A stretch of DNA of 57,059 nucleotides, filler included, from Trypethelium eluteriae (taxonomy: Eukaryota), in the NCBI GenBank assembly GCA_051942245.1. It is 2 parts of 2 records of this genome, joined end to end, with 100 filler letters (N's around TTAATTAATTAA, not from the genome) between each part and the next. Parts side by side here need not be neighbours in the genome. Positions count along the whole stretch, not along the records: positions 28,607 to 57,059 come from JAVECL010000311.1; 1 more part is not named here. The stretch is one strand, 5' to 3'. The translations under genes were made by a program, and so were the position numbers. Below are positions 47,953 to 57,059 of the stretch, in pieces (position 1 is the stretch's first letter; every line of letters begins with the position of its first letter). The notes under the pieces were generated by a model. That model was not told where the DNA came from. It worked only from the letters and a program-made list of their open reading frames with translations, and searched no databases.

Positions 47953-48433
47953 CGTGTCAACCGCGACCAGCAAGAGAAGTAAAAAAGTGGTAATGCTCTA
48001 TAGCAGACTTGTAGATCGCAATAACTGTCGTCAGTCAATGTACGTAACTACGTCTCGAAATTCAGTCCATAGATAGGTAGGCTGTCAAGGTCTGACGTGC
48101 GTTACGTCATTTGCTGGTGTTGCTATCGGGCGTTAGGCGGTGGCTTGGTGAAATCTGATGCAAAGCCTCGAAGGTGTACACAGTTGGTGTCGCAAGTTAC
48201 GAGTCCTGATGAAAGATTATTGAGGCAAAGTGACCTTTTTACCTATTCGCTATTAAACGATGGAAACAGACCCTGGCGTGCCCGGCACCCTGGTTGGCAG
48301 GATGGCCCATGGATCAAGCTCCTGACCAGCAAATTCTGGCACTCAGAGTAACAGCTTCATGTTCGATGATTTCAACTACGCAGTCATCTGGTTTCCTTTT
48401 CATATGCAGAAGCAGTGAATACAGTACGTTTAA

Positions 48434-49802
48434 TCAATTCTTCCGTCTCCGTTTTGGTTTTTTCACTACGTTTTGCTGAATCTCCACTACGTTTCGCTCC
48501 TCCTCTTCAAATTCACGTTTGATACGCTTATCTTTCACTATCTCGGTCTTGACGACAGTCACCGGTTCAATAGCTCCATCAGCTTCTACTTTGACTGCCT
48601 CAAATACATCCTGCGATTCGAGCTTAGCGACAAGCCTCTCTGAGAAGGCTCTCAGATCTGCAGTAAACAATACGGAATGAGCCCAGCCTGCTTCTTTTCC
48701 CCACATGCTCCTGAATTTGTTCGCAACGGCGTCATACGTTGCCTTGGTCAGGCTACTATGCTTGCCTTTGCCAAACTTGTAGTCTCGCTGCGCAATCTGC
48801 CATACTACATCACAGATATTAATCACATGGAAGTGAAGCAGGCATTGGACAAAACTTTACCATGTGTGTCGACCGGGACGGCCTCCCCCCAGCCCAGTCC
48901 CATCAAACATACGCAATCTGCAACTTTAGGTCCCACGCCTTGTAGCTCTAAGAGCGACTCGTGCGCTTTCCTATAGCCTTCTCTTCCACCCTCGACCAGT
49001 TCCCCGGCGTCTCCTCTCCCTGTGCTCTCTGGATTTCTCAGCTCATCGAGCCAGTCTAGACCTCGCTCTTCTGCCACCATAACGGCCGTCTGTTGCAAAT
49101 ATTTGGCACGATAGCCGAAGCCCAATTCTCGCAACCTCGACTCAACGCCTTTTCTAGCTAGCCGCTCCGGCGATGGGAAATCGTAGAATGCTATACGCTG
49201 TGATTCATCTTCCTCACTCTCAACGTCTAGATGTCCGATCAGAGGCCCATACTCCCGACATAGCTTGTCAATCATTTGACTAATCCGCGCAATGTTGTTG
49301 TTCGAGCTGCATATGAAGCCTACGAGCGCCTCCCACGGATCTTGCTTCAGGATTCGTACACCTGTAAACTTGGGAGCTGTCTTGCGGAAGTGAGGATCGG
49401 AAGTGCTCCACTGTCTGTAGAGATCTCCAAGATTGGGGGAAAGATTGAGATAATGCTTGAGAAGGGAAAGCGTGTCATCTCCGGCAGAAGTTTTCGCTGG
49501 GGAAGAGGCAACAGAGGACGGCGGTGTTGAGAGGCCCAGATGTTCCTTAGACGAGGGAAAGATGCTGCGGTAATGTAGATGAGTTCTGTCTTGGCGTAGT
49601 GATAGGATGCGACCGTGAAGGGCCATTGACCATTCGTCCGCTCCAGACTTACGCCATCTATTGTATATCAGTCTTCCAATCGAAACGATATGATCTGCGC
49701 ATCGTACCTGAAGGACTGGCCGCATCGAAGTGTTGTATCTATGCAAAGCTCAGTCAGGCTGACAGGCAACCTGTGCCATTGATTCTCTTTCGGCATGACC
49801 AT
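48434..49802 (-). CDS. OGG1: 8-oxoguanine DNA glycosylase/AP lyase, 3 exons
   Basis: [45 protein letters not shown], and HhH-GPD motif [20 protein letters not shown] with catalytic Lys and Asp. Confidence 0.95.
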
Positions 49803-49874
49803 TGTGTTAGCAAAGCACCGCGTATACCCCAGCGAACGACTGAGGGTGTAGCAAAGGTGTAAATGATATGTTTG

Positions 49875-49880
49875 ACGCGT
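49875..49880. promoter_or_regulatory. MCB-type element ACGCGT in the divergent OGG1/U2AF promoter
   Basis: Exact ACGCGT 73 bp upstream of the OGG1 ATG, with further CGCG cores nearby. It is a short motif and its function is unproven. Confidence 0.35.
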
Positions 49881-50202
49881 GGGCATTCAGGCCTGCGGAC
49901 GCGATTGCCTAGTCCTAGTCTAGTCCCGCGGCCGCGTCTCAAGTTGGACAAATTGCATGACACTTCGCCTTTTGGCGCTAGTGAGAGCAAAAGTGGCTGG
50001 CCGCCGACAGAGGTGAGCGAAATAACATTAGCTCTACCTACCTACCTATCCACGCTATCCTCTGTAAAACACAGCAACCCATTCACTTTTGCTCAACCAT
50101 CGCCATTTGACTTCTCCTTTGGTTGTCTGCAAGTCTTCCGTTGTCTCCCTACACGCTGTGCGACGATCGTCAGTATCAGCTACGAGCTCAACCGGAGCAC
50201 CC

Positions 50203-52409
50203 ATGAACGGCGACAACTACTCAACCCGAGGTAGATGATTGCTCCTCTTGTCTACTCTGCTTTTCACTAATATATTTTATAGAACGACACAGCTCTCGAC
50301 GTGACGACACTGTAAGTGAGAACATACCTTTTCTTTTTCGGAGCACAATCACAATCCCAAAAGCGAAGCAGAATTGCGACCATGCGCGTGAAGGATCAGC
50401 GTCTGTCTCGTAGCCTGTTCGTACATCGGTGCTTGGATTCAGTCTTCGAGCGTGCACCTTGAGAGCATTTCTCGATACTGCATCGATTACTCAGCCTATG
50501 AGATGCACAACAATACACCGAACTACAAAAAAGATCGATTCATCAATCTACGGCTGGGCTAAATTCGTGAATTTGGGGCCTACTGGCTGGATTTTCTAGC
50601 AATGCAGTCTTCAAGATGTCCTTTCCATGATTGATATAGTTTTCTAAGCATGGATACTGACGTTCAAAGATGCCCCGACGCAGGGACGGTGACGTTCGCG
50701 ACCGAGACCGGGATCGTGACCGCGACAGACACCGTGATAGAGATCGTCATAGAGATCGCGACCGCGACCATGACCGTGACCCCCGTCGCCGTTCAAGATC
50801 TCCTGGTGGAGGTCGTGGTGCCCGACGTGACTACGAAGGCGACACCTATTCTTCTAGCCGAGACTACCGGGAGCGAGAGCGCGAAGATAGGTACAGAGAC
50901 AGGCGTGGAGGTGACAGGGAGTGGGATCGAGATCGCGGAGATCGTGACCGTCGCGAAGCTCGTCGTGATGATGACCGCCCACCGCGTCGCGACCGTGAAC
51001 TCATGGACGATGACCGACATCGAGGTCGTCGGGATCGTGACGGATTTGGAGGAGGAGGAGGGGGAGGAGGAGCCATGCAAGGAAGGAAGAAGAGTGCGTC
51101 TCCGCCAGCCAAGAAGCGAGAACCTACGCCCGACCTTACCAATGTTGTGTCCATCCTGGAACGTAGGCGGAGAATGACGCAGTGGGACATCAAACCACCA
51201 GGATATGAGCACGTTAGTGCGGAATCAGCAAAGATGTCCGGCATGTTTTCCCTTCCAGGGGGACCCCAACGGCCAGCTCCCGTGGACCCTTCCAGACTCC
51301 AGGCCCTGAATCAGCCGTCAGGACAAGCAAGCAATAATGCCCTAAAGCCCTCCAGTGCGCGGCAATCCAAGCGACTCTTCGTCTACAACTTCCCACCTTC
51401 CTCAACGAACGATTCCATCCAAGAGTTCTTCAATCTTGAGCTGAATGGTTTGAATGTCGTCTCGGGCATTGACACTTGTCTCTCAGCTCAACTGTCGAAA
51501 GACGGTACTTTTGCTCTGCTAGAGTTCAAGGCGCCTGAAGACGCTACAATGGCCCTAGCGCTGGATGGAACCAGCATGGTGGACAGTGGTATGGGGTCGT
51601 ATAACGGCGCGGCGAACGGCGACAATCAGGGCCTTATTATCAAGCGTCCAAAGGACTACATCATGCCAGCCGTAGCTGATGATGTCGACATGGAGGAAGG
51701 AGCTGTTTCAGGCAGTGTTCCAGATACACAGAATAAGCTCTGCATTTCTCAGATCCAAGACCACCTCACTGAGGATCAGGTGCAAGAGCTGCTTGCCGCC
51801 TTCGGCGAGCTCAAATCATTCGTTCTTGTCAGATACACATCTACAGAACAATCCAAGGTACGACAGCGCCCCGTACAAATCTCTCGGTCTAGACTAACAG
51901 GCGAACAGGGAGTTGCCTTTTGTGAGTACAAAGATCCCGAGTCGACCGATGTTGCTCTGAACGGCCTCAATGGCATGGAGCTTGGCGGCCAGTATCTTAA
52001 AGTCACACGCGCCTCCCTCGGCATTCAGCAAGCTTCTGGTGTTGAAATGGGCGTCAATGCTATGTCTATGTTGGCGGGTACGACTTCGTCGGATACGACC
52101 AGCGACAGTCGTGTCTTGCAGCTCTTGAATATTACGACCGCGGAAGAGCTAATGAAAGACGGGGAATACGATGGCGTGATGGAGGACATTGAGGAAGAAG
52201 CTTCGAAGTATGGCAAGGTCCTTGATATCAAGATACCTCGCCCCGTTGGTGGGAGGGAAGTGCCCGGAGTGGGGAAGGTCTTCATCAAATTTGAGGATTC
52301 CGCAGCTGCGCAGAAGGCGCTGAGAGCTATGGCTGGTAGGAACTTTAGCAACCGAACGGTGGTGGCGACTTACTTCGGCGAGGAATATTTCGATATTAAT
52401 GCGTGGTGA
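50203..52409 (+). CDS. U2AF2: Splicing factor U2AF large subunit (U2AF65/Prp2 type); exons 50203-50230, 50283-50311, 50670-51857, 51909-52409
   Basis: RD/RS-rich N-terminus, ULM (RRRRMTQWDIKPPGYE), RRM1 (SKRLFVYN..FALLEF), RRM2 (SKGVAFCEY after splicing) and a C-terminal UHM (VLQLLN..GVGKVFIKF..AGRNF). Confidence 0.95.
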
Positions 52410-53032
52410 TTGACGGAGGGGGCAAAGGGATTCTGTACACTTTCTTTCAGCGGGGATTTACTAGTTGGCCTGCAGTGATTCTTTGAGTGGCCGGACACTA
52501 GCAAATTGTCTTCCCAGCTTGTGTTCATTAATGGAGAATCCTGATTGCAGCAATGTGGATAGCTAAAACCGAAAAGTGTTGTAGGTACTGCTATTGTCTG
52601 CGGGATTTTGCCATTGTATTGTTGCCATGTATTATTGTTGCCTTCCGTACCTTGTCCCTCTGTGGAGGAAGTCGGCCGCTCGTACGTCAGCAAATGGACC
52701 TCAAATCACCACCATCACACCCTTGTTAATATCCAACCCTACCGAACCAGCCCTCACAATCGCTGCACGCCTGCTAAATTATTCATAACTATCGCGCAAA
52801 GTCTTCAGCAACATCCTGAAGCTATCAAGCCGCTGAACGACCTGACGACTACCCACTTACACCATCCATCGATCTACGCGACAGCTACCCTGACGAACCT
52901 TGCACCACACGCTACAGAGCCGTGCGTCTCAAACACTCCTTTGCGCGAGCATACAAGACATCCATAGATGATTCTAAGGGCATATTATCACAAGCGGAGG
53001 TGAGGCGCGACCCCAGGGTCGAGGGCCAAGAC

Positions 53033-56000
53033 ATGCCCGGCCTTGTAGAGACTCCAGGGCCGCCGCCTCCTCCACCTGCAGGCCCTGGATTCTCAGTTCA
53101 CTCCCAAAAGGTTGAGCTTGATATCGACTTTCGCACACAGAGGCTGAAAGGCAAGACCGATATCACGATACAACCGCACTCGAAGGAGCTCAAGACCATC
53201 AAACTCAACTGCCGGCAATGCGTACTGAAACGGTTGAATGTGGAGGGCAAGGGGCCGCCTCTTACCTATGATGATCCGTACGGCCTTCTGAAAGTTCCCG
53301 AGGCATTCACGGCACTCCAACACCACATAGTACATCAAAAGGTGGAGCCCGCATTGGGGGACGCGCCGGATGGAGAAATCAGCATAACGTTACCGAAGAG
53401 TGTGAGGATAGAAGAACAAGATCCATACTCAACGTCAGCACAGCGTATGCTACTTGCGAAGAGCAGTGTAGGCAATAAGAGGCAAACTGATGACCCTGCA
53501 ATTCCCACGGCCGAGACAGCAACTATTTTGAAGACCGCTGGAGCTGGAGATAATGATGCGCGGTTCACACCCATCAAGATCCATGTGGAATTTGAAATTT
53601 TGGAATTCAGAGACGGGTTGCATTTCGTTGGAATGGAGGATGGGGATACAAGATACCCTCACGTCTATACGCGGAATACTGGATCTCCAAGAGCTGCTTC
53701 CTGTATCTTTCCATGTGTTGACGATCCCATGGCACGGTGTAGCTGGGAAATTTCAATAAGATGTCCTCGCACACTCGGCGATGCATTTGAAGAGCCGAAG
53801 CTTCTTACGAACGGCGTCAACGGTCATCCAAAAACCAATGGTGTGCTTACAAACGGCGTTCACAACGACTCTGTCAATAAGGAGTACTCTGGTCCTCCCC
53901 TGACTGAGCAAGACAAGGCACTTGAGCTTGCTGTGATTTGTTCTGGCGATCTGACCGATGAGATTATCGACCCAAAAGATGACACTAGAAAGACCGTCTC
54001 ATTCAGTTGCGCAACGGAAGTCGCGCCTTGCCACATTGGCTTTGCGATCGGTCCCTTCGAGCATGTTGATCTCTCAGAGTTTCGGGACGTAGATGAAGAT
54101 GACAAATTAGGCTCAAACGCATTCCGAGTTCATGGTTTCTGTCTGCCTGGGAGAGCAGATGAAGTCCGGAACACCTGCTTTCCTTTGACCAGAGCCATTG
54201 ACTTCTTCACCATGCAATACGGTGCATTCCCCTTCACAAGTTACAAACTCTGCTTTGTGGACGACCTAGTCACAGACGTCGCCGATACAGCTGGCTTTAC
54301 CCTGTGTAGTAATCGACTTCTTTTCCCGGAAGATGTTCTTGATCCGATCGATCCCGTCACCCGCACCCTGACACATGCTCTCGCTTCTCAGTGGATTGGT
54401 GTTAACATTATAGCAAAGGAACCTTCCGACACCTGGGCTATCGTGGGAATTGCCTACTACATGACCGACCAGTTCCTCAGGAAGCTTTCTGGGAATAATG
54501 AGTTTCGCTACAAGCAGAAGCTTGCTGCTGATGAGGTCTATGAGCAAGATCTGCTGCGACCATCTCTATATTCGCTTGGTTCAATCCTTCATCTAGATCC
54601 AGGAGAGATGGAGTTTATGGCTTTGAAAGCACCCCTCGTCCTCTTCATTCTGGACAAGAGGTTAACAAAGGCAAGCTCTACAATCGGCATGGCACGGATC
54701 ATCACTCGAATCTTCATCAACGCAAAAACCGGAGACATTGAAAATGGTGCTATTGATACGGCTTATTTCATCAAGATCTGTGAGCGCATCGGTCACTTGA
54801 AGTTGGAATCCTTCTTCCAGCAATGGGTCTATGGTGCTGGCTGTCCGCATTTCTCTGTCACTCAACGCTTCAATAAGAAGAAGCTGGTTGTCGAAATGCT
54901 TATTAAGCAAGTACAAAATGATCGGCTGCAAACTCGAGAAATCAGGCCAGAGTCATTCCACAGAGAAGTCGAGGAAGACGACAAGCACATCTACGTAGGT
55001 CAAGTGGCTCCCGTCTTCACTGGACCGATGACGATACGAATCCATGAGGCCGATGGCACACCCTACGAACACATCGTTGAGATTAAGGAGGCGACGACCA
55101 AATTCGATATCCCTTACAACACAAAGTACAAGCGTTTAAAGCGTAGCCGGCGGCAGAAAGAGCGTGCAGCAGCTGCCAATGGACTCAACCCCAATGATGA
55201 AAACCAAGACGATGTCCTGCTTTACTGTTTGGGTGATGTGCTGCAAACAGATGAAGAAATTGGTGAGTGGCGACTTACGGACTGGTCGAAGGACGACGAA
55301 GATCGTATGAGTCAAGAATCTTATGAGTGGATTCGCATGGATGCGGATTTTGAATGGATTTGCAAAATGCAGCTAGGAATGCCTCCGTATATGTTCGTCT
55401 CACAATTGCAACAAGATAGGGACGTGGTTGCGCAATTGGAGTCGATACAGTACCTCAACTCGCAAAAAGGCCATCCCCTTATCTCCACATTTCTCACTCG
55501 CACACTCATGGATAATCGATACTTCCACGGTATTAGGACCTCTGCCGCCGCAGCTCTCGCCAAATGTGCAAGAGATGAACTTGACTGGATTGGTCTCTTC
55601 CACCTGGAGAAGGTATTCCAAGAATGCTTCTGTCTTCCAAAATCACCGATGACCCGGTCCAACGACTTTTCCGATCGCACCTCTTACCTCATCCAATGCG
55701 CCATACCTAAAGCAATCGCAGACGTCCGCGATAATAGTGGTAGAAGTCCAATGCGTGCTAGAAGATTCTTCGTCGACAAGCTGAAATTCAACGACAATTC
55801 CAACAACGAGTTTTCTGACGCGCACTACGTCTCGATTCTCCTTTCCTGCCTCGCGGAGACCCTCATAAACCGCAACCCATCGAATAGCCTCAATTACTCG
55901 TTCGAAGACGAAGATGGAGAAGAGGAAGAATTCAAGCGGAACGCCTTGAATGAAATCGAGCGATATCGTCGGATTGACGAATGGATATCGTCCTATCACA

Positions 56001-57059
56001 ACATTCTGTCTGCTACCGCTATGGACTGCCTTCGGCGTCTCATCCAAAACAGGGTCATTCCGCAAAAAGTTGTAGACATCCTTCATTACACACACCCAAG
56101 CAATGCCGACGTCCTCCGTCTTAAGGGTTTCAGCGCGCTTATCGATCTTGGCATGTTTCGCGACACCGCGATAATGAAGTATATCTTCTTCTCCCTCGCA
56201 ACTGACACCTCTCCTTACATGCGCTCTGAATTACTGCGGCTGGTCAGCGTTGGTCTCGGCAAAATCGCGATCGGCGATGCAAAAACAGAAGGTCCTGACC
56301 AGCAGCAAGTCGCAGGCAGCCTGATCATTGAACAAGAAGCCTCCACAGAACTGCGCGCCGCAGACATCGCCCGCAAACAAAACGTCTCCGACGCCGTGGC
56401 GGCTTTGCGAAAAGAGGTCGGCGATGAAGAAATCCTGCAGAAAGCCATCTGGAACGCCGTGACCTCACCCATCATCTCCATTTCCGAGTTCGCCCGCCTT
56501 CTCGATCTCTGTCGCCTGCTCTTCGTCCCCGTCAGCAGAATGGTCGTGAAACTGCGCTATCCCCACTACTGGAAAGTCCAGCACGAAGGCAGCGGGAAAC
56601 TGCGCTTCTACCACTCCGACCGCGTTCGCACGACACCAATCCACGTCATCCACCCTCCACCCCAACCGCCAGCTCCGCCCCAACAACCCCAAGCACCTCT
56701 CCAAGCTCCACCGACATCCGCAACTCGCGCCACGCCCCAGCAAACCTCCCGCGCGAAACAAGACGCCCGCCGCACCAGCACTATGGGCCCACCTCGCTCC
56801 CGCGCCCACTCCATCTCGCTCTCCACCTCACCAACCGCACAATCCCCCTCCATCCAACCAGCGCCCGCCGCCGCCGTCGCCACTGCCGCGTCTCCGCCAC
56901 CCTCACAATCCTCCTCTACCTCATCGTCCGGCCCGACTCAACCCCCCGTCCCAGGCCGCACCACCGTCCTCAAAATCGGCAAACGTCACTCCCTCGCCGC
57001 CGCCACCGCACAGTCCTCGCCCTCGTCGCAGACACCGCCCCCGTCATCTCTATTACCAC
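53033..57059 (+). CDS. TAF2: TFIID subunit 2 (aminopeptidase-like fold), 3'-truncated by the window end
   Basis: My translation from the ATG at 53033 gives QKVELDIDF..LKGKT, IFPCVDD..RCSWE, HALASQWIGVNI, FFQQWVYGAGCP, FTGPMTIRIHEADGTPYEH, EWIRMDADFEW and DRDVVAQ. It is missing from the ORF track, consistent with having no stop in the window. Confidence 0.95.
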   Translation, partial: MPGLVETPGPPPPPPAGPGFSVHSQKVELDIDFRTQRLKGKTDITIQPHSKELKTIKLNCRQCVLKRLNVEGKGPPLTYDDPYGLLKVPEAFTALQHHIVHQKVEPALGDAPDGEISITLPKSVRIEEQDPYSTSAQRMLLAKSSVGNKRQTDDPAIPTAETATILKTAGAGDNDARFTPIKIHVEFEILEFRDGLHFVGMEDGDTRYPHVYTRNTGSPRAASCIFPCVDDPMARCSWEISIRCPRTLGDAFEEPKLLTNGVNGHPKTNGVLTNGVHNDSVNKEYSGPPLTEQDKALELAVICSGDLTDEIIDPKDDTRKTVSFSCATEVAPCHIGFAIGPFEHVDLSEFRDVDEDDKLGSNAFRVHGFCLPGRADEVRNTCFPLTRAIDFFTMQYGAFPFTSYKLCFVDDLVTDVADTAGFTLCSNRLLFPEDVLDPIDPVTRTLTHALASQWIGVNIIAKEPSDTWAIVGIAYYMTDQFLRKLSGNNEFRYKQKLAADEVYEQDLLRPSLYSLGSILHLDPGEMEFMALKAPLVLFILDKRLTKASSTIGMARIITRIFINAKTGDIENGAIDTAYFIKICERIGHLKLESFFQQWVYGAGCPHFSVTQRFNKKKLVVEMLIKQVQNDRLQTREIRPESFHREVEEDDKHIYVGQVAPVFTGPMTIRIHEADGTPYEHIVEIKEATTKFDIPYNTKYKRLKRSRRQKERAAAANGLNPNDENQDDVLLYCLGDVLQTDEEIGEWRLTDWSKDDEDRMSQESYEWIRMDADFEWICKMQLGMPPYMFVSQLQQDRDVVAQLESIQYLNSQKGHPLISTFLTRTLMDNRYFHGIRTSAAAALAKCARDELDWIGLFHLEKVFQECFCLPKSPMTRSNDFSDRTSYLIQCAIPKAIADVRDNSGRSPMRARRFFVDKLKFNDNSNNEFSDAHYVSILLSCLAETLINRNPSNSLNYSFEDEDGEEEEFKRNALNEIERYRRIDEWISSYHNILSATAMDCLRRLIQNRVIPQKVVDILHYTHPSNADVLRLKGFSALIDLGMFRDTAIMKYIFFSLATDTSPYMRSELLRLVSVGLGKIAIGDAKTEGPDQQQVAGSLIIEQEASTELRAADIARKQNVSDAVAALRKEVGDEEILQKAIWNAVTSPIISISEFARLLDLCRLLFVPVSRMVVKLRYPHYWKVQHEGSGKLRFYHSDRVRTTPIHVIHPPPQPPAPPQQPQAPLQAPPTSATRATPQQTSRAKQDARRTSTMGPPRSRAHSISLSTSPTAQSPSIQPAPAAAVATAASPPPSQSSSTSSSGPTQPPVPGRTTVLKIGKRHSLAAATAQSSPSSQTPPPSSLLP

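Noticed and set aside
50690..51070. GACCGC/GATCGT-type hexamer repeats and a GGA run
   Set aside because: They encode the RD-rich and poly-Gly N-terminus expected of a fungal U2AF large subunit.
30732..57059. Functional cluster of splicing/transcription genes (BRR2, U2AF, TAF2)
   Set aside because: They are interspersed with unrelated genes, consistent with an ordinary housekeeping-rich region.

Overview
Gene-dense filamentous-ascomycete (probably Dothideomycete) genomic DNA with short GT-AG introns and CTRAY branch sites. It consists of two pieces joined at 28507-28606 by an artificial N-padded TTAATTAATTAA linker. Left piece: mitochondrial L33, a ~1800-aa coiled-coil protein, two small unknowns, MED7, a PAP2/DPP1 phosphatase, a 14-TM-type MFS transporter, a Cys/His-motif unknown, a GPI-anchored phospholipase B, an NCS1 permease and a gap-truncated 2OG-Fe(II) dioxygenase. 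Right piece: an AT-rich RIP-like tract, BRR2, CIA2, a small unknown, RAX2, a LanC-like protein, OGG1, the U2AF large subunit and TAF2 (open to the window end). Most genes are housekeeping and I see no clear novel multi-gene system. The most unusual signals are recurrent ~1-kb C-rich-to-G-rich skew-switch islands that coincide with contig ends, a diverged ~181-bp-period repeat array at 20.4-21.0 kb, a long structured intron plus a stop-free in-frame intron in the U2AF gene, and the large coiled-coil gene. All gene models and compositional judgements were made by eye, without database searches.
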